Below the pieces are notes generated by a model. The model searched no databases and had not been told where the DNA came from. It saw only the letters and a list, made by a program, of their open reading frames with translations. Positions 17,095 through 24,000 of a DNA stretch of 24,000 nucleotides are shown piece by piece; the stretch's first letter is position 1; every line of letters starts with the position of its first letter. Origin of the DNA: Pusillimonas sp. (GTDB taxonomy: Bacteria; Pseudomonadota; Gammaproteobacteria; Burkholderiales; Burkholderiaceae_B); assembly GCF_035515275.1 (NCBI RefSeq), contig NZ_DATJBQ010000074.1:15271-39270 (forward strand). Direction: 5' to 3'. A program made the translations under genes and the position numbers.

Positions 17095-18258
17095 TTATTT
17101 GCCGACCTTTTCGAGGTCGATTAGGGCCCAGTCGCCGTCTTTGACGGTAATTAGGACTCGACCACGCGCGTCCATACCGAAGTGATCGGTAGGGGTCATG
17201 TTGTAAATGCCGTGGGTGGCCACAACCTCTTTTGCGCTTTCGATGGTGTCGCGCAGTGCAGCGCGGAATTCGGCTGTGCCCGGTTTACCTGCCTTAAGAG
17301 CCGAAGGGACTGCATTCTGGAACAACAGGAAGGCGTCATAGAACTGCGCGCCAAACGCCGAGAGCGAACCCTTGCCGTATTTGGCCTCGTAGCGCTCGGT
17401 GTAATCAAGGCCCAGTTTCTTGGAAGGGTGGCTGTCGGGCAACTGATGAGCCACTACGACCGGACCCACGGGCATGACGGTGCCCTCGACCGCCTTGCCA
17501 CCGACACGAATGAACTCTTTGGTGGCGGTACCGTGGGTTTGATAGATCTGGCCCTTGAAGCCTCGATCTTGCAGCGTAACCTGAGGCAGAACTGACGGCG
17601 TGCCCGAAGCGACCACCAGCACGGCGTCAGGCTTGGCGGCGACGATCTTGACCGCTTGGCCGGTAACGCTGGTGTCGTTGCGATTGAAACGCTCGACGGC
17701 TGTAAGCTTGATGCCTGCGGCCTCGGTGGCTTTTTTCATGGCAGTAAGCCAGCTTTCACCGTAGGCATCGGTGTAGCCGATGAAGCCCAGGGTTTTGACC
17801 CCGGTTGCCTTCATGTGCGAGATCAGGCCGTCGGCCATGACGTCGTAATGCTGAGGCGCACGAAACACCCATTTGTTCTTGTCTTCAGGCAGCTCGACAG
17901 GCGCGACGGTAATCAGCGGGGTTTTGGACTCGTTGGCGATTTCGGCCATGGCTGCGCTGGGCGGTGTGGATGACGAGCCAAGGATGATGTCTACCTTGTC
18001 TTCAGCAACCAGCTTGCGTGCGTTACGGCCGGCCTGAGTGGCATCGGTGGCATCATCAAGGACGATGTAATTGACCTTCTCGCCTTCGATCGTGGTGGGC
18101 AGCAAGGGCACCGTGTTTCGTTCAGGAATACCCAGGGCCGCTGCGGGCCCTGTCGTGGACAACGAAATGCCCACGTTAATGTCTGCTTGCGCCGGTACGG
18201 CAAAGATAGCCAGCGAGCCGGCGGTCAGGGCTGCCGCGAACGTCAGTTTACGAGTCAT
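17095..18258 (-). CDS. Periplasmic ABC-transporter substrate-binding protein (Leu/Ile/Val-binding LivK/type-1 PBP family), orphan
   Basis: Signal peptide MTRKLTFAAALTAGSLAIFAVPAQA. DINVGISLSTTGPAAALGIPERN is typical of the branched-chain amino-acid-binding family. Length is 387 aa. GGAGGA lies upstream of the ATG. No permease or ATPase genes are adjacent. Confidence 0.85.
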   Translation of the reverse strand: MTRKLTFAAALTAGSLAIFAVPAQADINVGISLSTTGPAAALGIPERNTVPLLPTTIEGEKVNYIVLDDATDATQAGRNARKLVAEDKVDIILGSSSTPPSAAMAEIANESKTPLITVAPVELPEDKNKWVFRAPQHYDVMADGLISHMKATGVKTLGFIGYTDAYGESWLTAMKKATEAAGIKLTAVERFNRNDTSVTGQAVKIVAAKPDAVLVVASGTPSVLPQVTLQDRGFKGQIYQTHGTATKEFIRVGGKAVEGTVMPVGPVVVAHQLPDSHPSKKLGLDYTERYEAKYGKGSLSAFGAQFYDAFLLFQNAVPSALKAGKPGTAEFRAALRDTIESAKEVVATHGIYNMTPTDHFGMDARGRVLITVKDGDWALIDLEKVGK

Positions 18259-18449
18259 GCTTCCTCCAGAGGTGCGTCTTATTTTTGTTGCAATGGTTCT
18301 GATTCACGCCAAATAGTTCAGGCGCCAGAAGCGACTCTACGCGCCTGCCCATCACCGGTCAAGACGTTTCGTTACAAATTGGGGTTAACCATTCCTGGGG
18401 GGGGAGTAAAGAAGGGTTGTTACTGGTGCATGCCGGGCGCAGACGCTAC

Positions 18450-18827
18450 TCATGACATGCAGGCCGGCACAACCAGCAATGGCAAGCCCGTAAGTACTAC
18501 CGCTCCTGCTGCGAAAAGGTCCAGCAAAAAGGTCAGCCGCCATGAAAATCGAGACTGATGGCCCCCCTTGGCGCCAACCGCCCGCCGACACCGTTGACTG
18601 CGCACAGCCAGCACGATGGTTATGGCCAGCAGTGCCAGCCACAATACGACCAGCCCTGCGCTGACCGCCGCAGTATCCGCCTGTGTGGGAGCGTGCAAAC
18701 AAGCTACTGCATGGCCTACATATAACAGCAGGAATGCAATCGCCCACACGATGAATCCCGCGATGACCCGCCACAGCGTGGGGCCCGTCTGGTAGGCCGG
18801 CTCGCCGGGGCCAAAAACGCGTTTCAT
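18450..18827 (-). CDS. Uncharacterised ~125-aa membrane protein (about 3 TM helices) translationally coupled to the oxidase subunit I-III gene
   Basis: The ATG at 18827 forms an ATGA overlap with the upstream stop (18824-18827). Hydrophobic segments are WRVIAGFIVWAIAFLLLYV, VSAGLVVLWLALLAITIVLAV and LTFLLDLFAAGAVVLTGLPLLVV. I recognise no family. The track start at 18896 would overlap the upstream gene by 73 nt. Confidence 0.55.
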   Translation of the reverse strand: MKRVFGPGEPAYQTGPTLWRVIAGFIVWAIAFLLLYVGHAVACLHAPTQADTAAVSAGLVVLWLALLAITIVLAVRSQRCRRAVGAKGGHQSRFSWRLTFLLDLFAAGAVVLTGLPLLVVPACMS

Positions 18828-21301
18828 GTCGAACCACCCAAAGAAAGCATGAGCACGGTCAGCCCAAGGCCGCTTAGTCCGGTAAAGGCCACCCATAACG
18901 ACTGCACGCGCAACTCTTCACCACCCACGGCATTTTTGTGCACCACGCCTCGCGCCATCGCATACAGGGACATGATCAGGCTCACCCCTAAATGAATGCT
19001 CATGTAGACAAGAACGACGAGCATCAGGGCGGTATAAGCGTGTTGGCTCGGCGAGCCGAGCCGCGCAATCAAGACACCGACGACCACGAGCGCTGCAACC
19101 GCGCATGCAAGACGCGCTGCCTGCCACATGATCAGCGCTGTTCTTTTCGACGCCACAACAGCCGTGAGGCATAAGCCGATCAACGCTGCCACCAACACCC
19201 CATGCGCAAGCGCGTCAAAACCCAGCCGCTCGGGTGGGGGCCAGTGAGGTGCGTACAGGCTCAGGAACAGGCAGCCGAACATCAGGGAGCCGAGCAGGGC
19301 GGCATCGGCTGCCAATGAACAAGCCATGCCCCACCATCCCGGAGAGCCGCTTGCCGCCCAATGGCCCGGCAGATCGACGCCCGGCTCGGCATCTACTCGG
19401 GCCGGGAACCCTTTCGGCGCCAGCTGCCACACCCACACCACAAACAGCGATACGGTAACGAAGGCGGCGACCATCGCCAGCGCATAGGTCTTAAATAGCA
19501 GGGACAAGAAAAACACGCCCGTTGCCAGGCCCCCATACAAGGGTACCCAGGTGGGCCCCGGCAGATGGATGACGCTACGAGGATCACCTGTCAATACATC
19601 GACGCTCAAGGTCTGGCGCGTGGGCGGCGGGTAAGTGGCCAGCCAGCCTTCGCCCCGCCTAATCTGAGCGCTGATTTGGGGCGTGTCCCAAACGGGGTAG
19701 CGGCTGTTGACTTCGGGGATACTTATAAAGTTGTAAGAGGGCGGCGGCATGGACAGGGTCCATTCCAGCGTGCCCGCCTGCCAGGGATTCCGGCGCGCCA
19801 AATTGCCTTTGCGTGCATGCAGCACAATATCCAGTAAAAACATGCCAAAGCCAATCGCCTGTACGAATCCACCCACACTGCTCAGCAGGTTCAACAGGTC
19901 CCACCCCAGCTCTTCTGAATACGTAAAAATGCGCCGCGGCATGCCCAGCAGGCCGGTCAGGTGCATGGGCAGAAAAGTAAGATTGAACCCAATGAAAACA
20001 AACCAGAAGCCTGCCGCCCCCATCCGGGCCGCGGGCATTCTTCCGCTAAGCAGGGGCATCCAGTAGTAGGCGGCCGCCATCAACGGAAACACCGCCCCGC
20101 CTATTAATACATAGTGCATGTGCGCGACCACAAAATGCGTGTCATGCACTTGAACATTGAACGGAATCAGGGCCACCATCACACCCGTCAGCCCGCCCAG
20201 GACAAAAATAAACAGGAAACCGCCCAGATAAAGCATGGGCAAACGCAAGCGCACCTGCCCGTTCCACAGCGTAGCGATCCATGAAAAAAACTGTATGGCT
20301 GTGGGAATGGCGACCAGCATGCTGGCCGCAGAAAAGAACGCCAGGCTTAACTGGGGAATACCGACCGTGAACATATGGTGAACCCACAGGCCGAAACTCA
20401 GGAAACCCATGGCCACCACGCTGTTTATCACCCAGACATGACCCACCAGCGGATGCCGCGCAAACGTGGGGATCATGGTCGACACCAGGCCGGCGGCCGG
20501 CAGAAAAATAATATAGACCTCGGGGTGGCCGAACATCCAGAACAAGTGTTGCCACAGCAAGTTGTCGCCACCCAGATCGACGGTAAAAAAAGGCAGGCCA
20601 AAGGCGCGCTCAAGCTCGAGCAATATGCTGCCAAGTATCAGTGGGGGAAAGCCCACCAGTATCATGCCGGCGGTAATCAGCATGTACCAGGCAAAGATGG
20701 GCATGCGTGCCAGGCTCATTCCGGGCGCGCGCATTTTGAGGATGGTCGCGATCAGCTCCACCGCCCCACACAACGCCGAAATCTCGGCAAAGGTGATGCC
20801 TATCAGCCAGATATCGCTATTGATGCCCGGGGTGTACCGGCTGCCCGCCAACGGTGTGTACATGAACCATCCGCCCGAAGGGGCCAGACCCAGCGCCATG
20901 CCCCCCAACAAAATACAGCCACCGAACAAGTAGCACCACCAGGCATAAGCCCCTAGGCGCGGAAACGCCAGATCGCGCGAACCCAGCATCTTGGGAAGCA
21001 GATAAAATGCAAATCCTTCAAGCATGGGGATGGCGAACATGAACATCATCAGCGTGCCATGCATGGTAAAGATCTGGCTGTAGAGCTCGCTATCCAGGAA
21101 TCCACTGTGCGACGTGGCCAATTGCGCCCGTATCAGCATGGCCAGCACGCCGCCGACCAGAAAAAAACAGAGCGCGGCCACCATGAAGCGCCGCCCCATG
21201 GCCGTATGGTTGACGGCCGACAAGCTGCGCCATCCCGGGGGAGAGCGCCAGTGCGCATCCAGGGCCCGATGCCGGGCGTCGGTATCGGGGCTGTCATTCA
21301 T
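18824..21301 (-). CDS. Heme-copper oxidase subunit I fused to a subunit-III-like C-terminal domain (A-type cytochrome c oxidase)
   Basis: The subunit I ligand set is complete: FTMHGTLMMF (heme a His), FGHPEVYIIFLP (CuB His, Glu, Tyr), WVHHMFTVG (CuB His-His) and HDTHFVVAHMHYVL (heme a3 and heme a His). The last ~270 aa add about 7 hydrophobic helices with a subunit-III-like layout. Total length is 825 aa. An ATGA overlap with subunit II lies at 21298-21301. Confidence 0.9.
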   Translation of the reverse strand: MNDSPDTDARHRALDAHWRSPPGWRSLSAVNHTAMGRRFMVAALCFFLVGGVLAMLIRAQLATSHSGFLDSELYSQIFTMHGTLMMFMFAIPMLEGFAFYLLPKMLGSRDLAFPRLGAYAWWCYLFGGCILLGGMALGLAPSGGWFMYTPLAGSRYTPGINSDIWLIGITFAEISALCGAVELIATILKMRAPGMSLARMPIFAWYMLITAGMILVGFPPLILGSILLELERAFGLPFFTVDLGGDNLLWQHLFWMFGHPEVYIIFLPAAGLVSTMIPTFARHPLVGHVWVINSVVAMGFLSFGLWVHHMFTVGIPQLSLAFFSAASMLVAIPTAIQFFSWIATLWNGQVRLRLPMLYLGGFLFIFVLGGLTGVMVALIPFNVQVHDTHFVVAHMHYVLIGGAVFPLMAAAYYWMPLLSGRMPAARMGAAGFWFVFIGFNLTFLPMHLTGLLGMPRRIFTYSEELGWDLLNLLSSVGGFVQAIGFGMFLLDIVLHARKGNLARRNPWQAGTLEWTLSMPPPSYNFISIPEVNSRYPVWDTPQISAQIRRGEGWLATYPPPTRQTLSVDVLTGDPRSVIHLPGPTWVPLYGGLATGVFFLSLLFKTYALAMVAAFVTVSLFVVWVWQLAPKGFPARVDAEPGVDLPGHWAASGSPGWWGMACSLAADAALLGSLMFGCLFLSLYAPHWPPPERLGFDALAHGVLVAALIGLCLTAVVASKRTALIMWQAARLACAVAALVVVGVLIARLGSPSQHAYTALMLVVLVYMSIHLGVSLIMSLYAMARGVVHKNAVGGEELRVQSLWVAFTGLSGLGLTVLMLSLGGST

Positions 21302-21999
21302 GGTGTTTGATCCTGGTCTGTGGGCAATGCCGCCAGCACCTGCTCAAGGTCGTCGGGCTCGTGCGCAATCAGCTGGAAACGCATGGCGGCATGGCCGGCA
21401 CCGCAATACTCGGCACACTGGCCTTCGTAGGTCCCGGGCTGATCAGCGGTATACACCAGCCGGTTCACGCGACCGGGAATGGCGTCCATTTTCCCGCCCA
21501 GCCTGGGCACCCAAAAGCTGTGAATCACATCGACGGCACGCAGCTCGATCAAGGTAGGGATTCCGGCCGGAATATGTATGACGTTTGTCGAGCGCTTCGT
21601 TCGATCGGGGGCATCGGGGTAGGCCGCTTCCCATCGCCATTGCCTGGCGGTAACCTGCACATGGTATTGCGGCTCGGGCACTTCGGGGCCCGACAGATGG
21701 GCGTACACCAGCAGCGCAGCAATGACACCTGCCGGAAACAGCACACCGCCGCCCAACAGCAGCCACCGGGCATGAGCAGGGCTCCCCCCCGAGCGGGCCC
21801 GAACGGCCACGAGCACCAGCGCAAGCATGAACAGCACGATCACCAGGCTGCCCCACGCCATCGCGTACCACACGGTTGCGACATGAGCGGCTTGCGCGGT
21901 ACCGGGGTTCAGTGTGGACAATGGCGTCGGGCCGCAACCGGCCACCAGCAACAGGCTTCCCGCGGCCGGCGGCGAGACCCACCGACGAAGGCACGCCAC
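21298..21999 (-). CDS. Cytochrome c oxidase subunit II (CuA cupredoxin), probable lipoprotein, no fused cytochrome c domain
   Basis: CuA motif VIHSFWVP...GQCAEYCGAGHAAM, with two TM helices before the cupredoxin domain. I chose GTG at 21999, which gives (M)ACLRRWVSPPAAGSLLLVAGC with a lipobox. The 372-aa ORF in the track extends over the opposite-strand DUF2231 gene and its extra N-terminus is not protein-like. Confidence 0.8.
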   Translation of the reverse strand: MACLRRWVSPPAAGSLLLVAGCGPTPLSTLNPGTAQAAHVATVWYAMAWGSLVIVLFMLALVLVAVRARSGGSPAHARWLLLGGGVLFPAGVIAALLVYAHLSGPEVPEPQYHVQVTARQWRWEAAYPDAPDRTKRSTNVIHIPAGIPTLIELRAVDVIHSFWVPRLGGKMDAIPGRVNRLVYTADQPGTYEGQCAEYCGAGHAAMRFQLIAHEPDDLEQVLAALPTDQDQTP

Positions 22000-22051
22000 T
22001 TGCTTGCCCCGCCAAGCCCGTTCACCCGTCCATACTGAAAGAGCTCGCCCA

Positions 22052-22528
22052 ATGATGCGATTTCGGCTGCGCAAGCCTGAGAAGAAACAATCCCAAACGG
22101 CGGTTGCCCTGGGCAGCCACCCCATCCACCCCATGGTGGTGCCGTTTCCGATTGCATTCCTAATAAGCGCCCTGGCATGCGACGCGGCCTTTTTATTTAC
22201 GTTCGATGCTTTCTGGGCCCGGCTCTCACTTTGGCTATTGGGCGCGGGCACCTTCATGGGAATCGTGGCGGGGCTGATCGGCGCGGCCGAGCTATTGATA
22301 ATCCGTTCAATAAGGCGCCGCGCGGCCGCCTGGAGCCATTTCGTTGTGGCCGTGATGCTGTTGTCGGTCGCCTTTCTTAATTGGTTCATGCGCTTGCCCG
22401 ACCCGGTCGCCGCCATCTATCCGTGGGGTTTGAGTCTATCCACGCTAGGTTTGCTGCTGGTGTCGGTGGCCGGTTGGCTGGGTGGCAAGCTGGTGTTTGA
22501 GGAACGGGTAGGCGTAAAAGAGGCTTGA
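22052..22528 (+). CDS. DUF2231-like polytopic membrane protein, divergent from the oxidase operon
   Basis: The N-terminal GSHPIHPMVVPFPIAFL matches the HPxHPxxVHFPIA-type motif I associate with DUF2231. It is followed by 3-4 hydrophobic helices. The start is taken at ATGATG 22052. The family call is from memory. Confidence 0.65.
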   Translation: MMRFRLRKPEKKQSQTAVALGSHPIHPMVVPFPIAFLISALACDAAFLFTFDAFWARLSLWLLGAGTFMGIVAGLIGAAELLIIRSIRRRAAAWSHFVVAVMLLSVAFLNWFMRLPDPVAAIYPWGLSLSTLGLLLVSVAGWLGGKLVFEERVGVKEA

Positions 22529-22973
22529 CGGCGACAGACGGAACGGCGAGCGAGAATCGGATCGCCGGCTTGGCCAGTACCAGCCACAGCACACACGGAA
22601 ACAGAATAATCGGCAGGCCAATGCGCGCCAGGCGCGACACAGCATTGGCGCGCTCGGCGCGATGGCTTTGCTTTGCAAGAATGATTCCGCATCGGGCATG
22701 GATCACCGCGAGCGCCGCAACAAACAACAACTTCACCGCAAACCACGGGGCCGTCACATCGCGCAAGGGGATCAGGGCGGTGCCGCTGACAATGGCTGCA
22801 ATGGCAAAAGGCGAGGCGACCCATAAGTAGATTCGGCGCACCATGCCGTGCAGGCGCAGATATGCGGGGTTGGACAAGCGCGGGCTGTGCCCAGCCATGA
22901 GTATCGGCAGGTAGATCAGAGACGCACTCCAGAAAATAACTGCGACGATGTGCAAGCCTTTGACCCAGGCCAT
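22386..22973 (-). CDS. HemJ/UPF0093-like (CopD-superfamily) 4-TM membrane protein with an unusual ~60-aa Pro/Ala/Arg-rich tail
   Basis: MAWVKGLHIVAVIFWSASLIYLPILMAGH and WFAVKLLFVAALAVIHARCG parallel the cyanobacterial HemJ segments MAYLWFKAFHIIGIVVWFAGLFYL and LHLKLGFVVLLLVYHHYCG as I recall them. GGAGG lies 4-5 nt before the ATG at 22973. The last ~60 codons overlap the 3' end of the convergent DUF2231 gene. Confidence 0.6.
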   Translation of the reverse strand: MAWVKGLHIVAVIFWSASLIYLPILMAGHSPRLSNPAYLRLHGMVRRIYLWVASPFAIAAIVSGTALIPLRDVTAPWFAVKLLFVAALAVIHARCGIILAKQSHRAERANAVSRLARIGLPIILFPCVLWLVLAKPAIRFSLAVPSVAVKPLLRLPVPQTPACHPANRPPTPAANLAWIDSNPTDRWRRPGRASA

Positions 22974-23202
22974 CCGACCTCCAATTAACCAAACTTATGC
23001 GTACCTGTCTGAGTCGCCGCAGGCAAGCCTCATGCCCACCGTTTTTCCGAAACGGGTTCAAGCCGGCCTCGGCCTATCAGACGTTTTTCCTATTGCATTT
23101 TTTTCTTGCAGTTCAGCTTAGATCTGTTACGCTTTTTCGGAATTTGAGAGATTCCCTCGATACAGCCGTTACCGTGTTGTCGCTCTGCACCGGAGAATAA
23201 AA

Positions 23203-24000
23203 TTGAATAAAGCAGTCTCAGCCACACTCGCGGCCGGCATCGCCGCGCTTGCGCTTACCGCGTGCGGGGGCTCATCGTCCGATACCGCCCAAGGACCGAA
23301 TATATTGTTCGTCATCATGGACGACGTCGGTATCGACCAGATGAAGGTGTTTGGCTATGGAGGCGCCGTAGGTCCGGACATGCGAAACATCGACACCGTC
23401 GCCCGGGCGGGGGTGCGTTTCCGCAACACCTGGTCAATGCCCGAGTGCTCGCCGGGGCGTGCCTCATTTTTTGTAGGTCGCTTCCCCCATCGTACCGGCA
23501 TTCATCAGGCAATCGGGCCTCAGGACCTGGCCAATTCGCAGCTGTCGCCGTTCGATGCCACCACACCCAAAGTGCTGAAGCAGGCCGGCTACGAAAGCGC
23601 CATGTTTGGTAAGTTTCACCTGGCCGGCCCCGAAAACAACCAGGCAGGCAACCTTACGCCCAGCGTGTTGGGTTGGGACCACTTCTATGGCTGGGTGGGC
23701 GGGCTGCCCGGCTCCATCGACAAAACGGCCGGGGGGGTGGATGCTGCCGGACTCTCCAGCTGCGGGTTTACGACGGGCACAGCCACAGTGGGAGACCGTG
23801 GCGCCTGTTATCAGCCTGACGGCAGTTGCAGCGTCATTACGCGCAACTCGCTCCAGGATGATGCGCCGGGCCTGCAGTGCCTGGACTCCGGGGGCATTCT
23901 GGTCCCGAGTGCAAGCTGCGTTTCGCCTACCCCCGCTTTGGCATTCAACCGCGAAAACGCCTACTACGTGTCGCCGCTGGTCATCATCAACAACGGCCAG
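23203..24000 (+). CDS. Sulfatase-family (arylsulfatase-like) lipoprotein, 5' portion; continues past the window end
   Basis: This gene is not in the ORF track because there is no stop within the window. TTG 23203 is preceded by GGAGA (23192-23196), with an in-frame TAG at 23119-23121 upstream. My translation is (M)NKAVSATLAAGIAALALTACGG (lipobox), NILFVIMDDVG (metal site), PECSPGRASFFVGRFPHRTG (CxPxR formylglycine motif) and GYESAMFGKFHL (sulfatase signature 2). Confidence 0.85.
   Translation, partial: MNKAVSATLAAGIAALALTACGGSSSDTAQGPNILFVIMDDVGIDQMKVFGYGGAVGPDMRNIDTVARAGVRFRNTWSMPECSPGRASFFVGRFPHRTGIHQAIGPQDLANSQLSPFDATTPKVLKQAGYESAMFGKFHLAGPENNQAGNLTPSVLGWDHFYGWVGGLPGSIDKTAGGVDAAGLSSCGFTTGTATVGDRGACYQPDGSCSVITRNSLQDDAPGLQCLDSGGILVPSASCVSPTPALAFNRENAYYVSPLVIINNGQ

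Noticed and set aside
20375-22038. 193-aa and 243-aa plus-strand ORFs (20375-20956, 21307-22038) and a 190-aa minus-strand out-of-frame ORF (21443-22015) within the oxidase genes
   Set aside because: All overlap the subunit I or subunit II frames, which carry complete metal-ligand motifs. The products are Arg/Gly/His-rich shadow ORFs.
22000-22416. N-terminal 139 codons of the 372-aa subunit II ORF as listed in the track
   Set aside because: This extension overlaps the opposite-strand DUF2231-like gene and is not membrane- or signal-like. An internal GTG at 21999 gives a proper lipoprotein signal peptide.
22417-23061. 214-aa minus-strand ORF overlapping the HemJ-like gene in another frame
   Set aside because: The HemJ-like frame has an RBS (GGAGG) and family-like TM helices. 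The 214-aa frame is Arg/Cys/Pro-rich and extends into the intergenic region.
23093-23110. TTGCA...TTGCA spaced like a sigma-54 -24/-12 promoter upstream of the sulfatase gene
   Set aside because: The upstream element is TTGCAT rather than TGGCAC, so it lacks the essential GG. It does not fit the sigma-54 consensus.
22997-23200. 67-aa plus-strand ORF in the HemJ-like/sulfatase intergenic region
   Set aside because: It has no RBS, odd composition, and ends inside the sulfatase RBS. It most likely sits in a non-coding divergent promoter region.
1-24000. Search for mobile elements, CRISPR arrays, tRNA/rRNA genes, toxin-antitoxin pairs or defence-island signatures
   Set aside because: I saw no direct-repeat/spacer arrays, no transposase, integrase or recombinase-like ORFs, no tRNA-like cloverleaf regions and no flanking terminal inverted repeats. 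Gene content and composition look like a native chromosomal backbone.

Overview
The window is a densely coding, collinear chromosomal segment from a moderately GC-rich betaproteobacterium. From memory, the azurin, OxyR, Epd and FumC sequences look Alcaligenaceae-like; this is inference, with no search run. I support about 26 protein genes, mostly housekeeping or metabolic: recG tail, oxyR, proC, a yhhQ-like transporter, GST, S9 peptidase, SDR, epd, fumC, DUF488, an NfeD/SPFH pair, yliI-like PQQ dehydrogenase, usp, an acetoacetyl-CoA synthetase-marR operon, azurin, an orphan Liv-type binding protein, an accessory heme-copper oxidase operon, DUF2231, a HemJ-like protein, and a sulfatase running off the 3' edge. 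I found no tRNA or rRNA genes, IS elements, integrases, CRISPR arrays, toxin-antitoxin pairs or recognisable defence genes. I therefore cannot support a novel mobile or defence system here. The least ordinary items are: (1) a compact accessory A-type oxidase operon (CuA subunit II lipoprotein, an 825-aa subunit I-III fusion, and an ATGA-coupled unknown 125-aa membrane protein), flanked by DUF2231 and HemJ-like genes that overlap convergently by 143 bp; (2) two intergenic regions (15889-16351 and 16802-17094) holding a DnaA-box cluster, an 11-bp perfect operator-like palindrome, a 68-nt nested hairpin, and a structured A-rich 3'UTR with a 13-nt periodic repeat and a strong terminator, which is a candidate 3'UTR-derived sRNA; (3) a sulfatase lipoprotein gene with a TTG start that the ORF track omits. 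Many long ORFs in the track are antisense or out-of-frame shadows typical of GC-rich DNA and were rejected.
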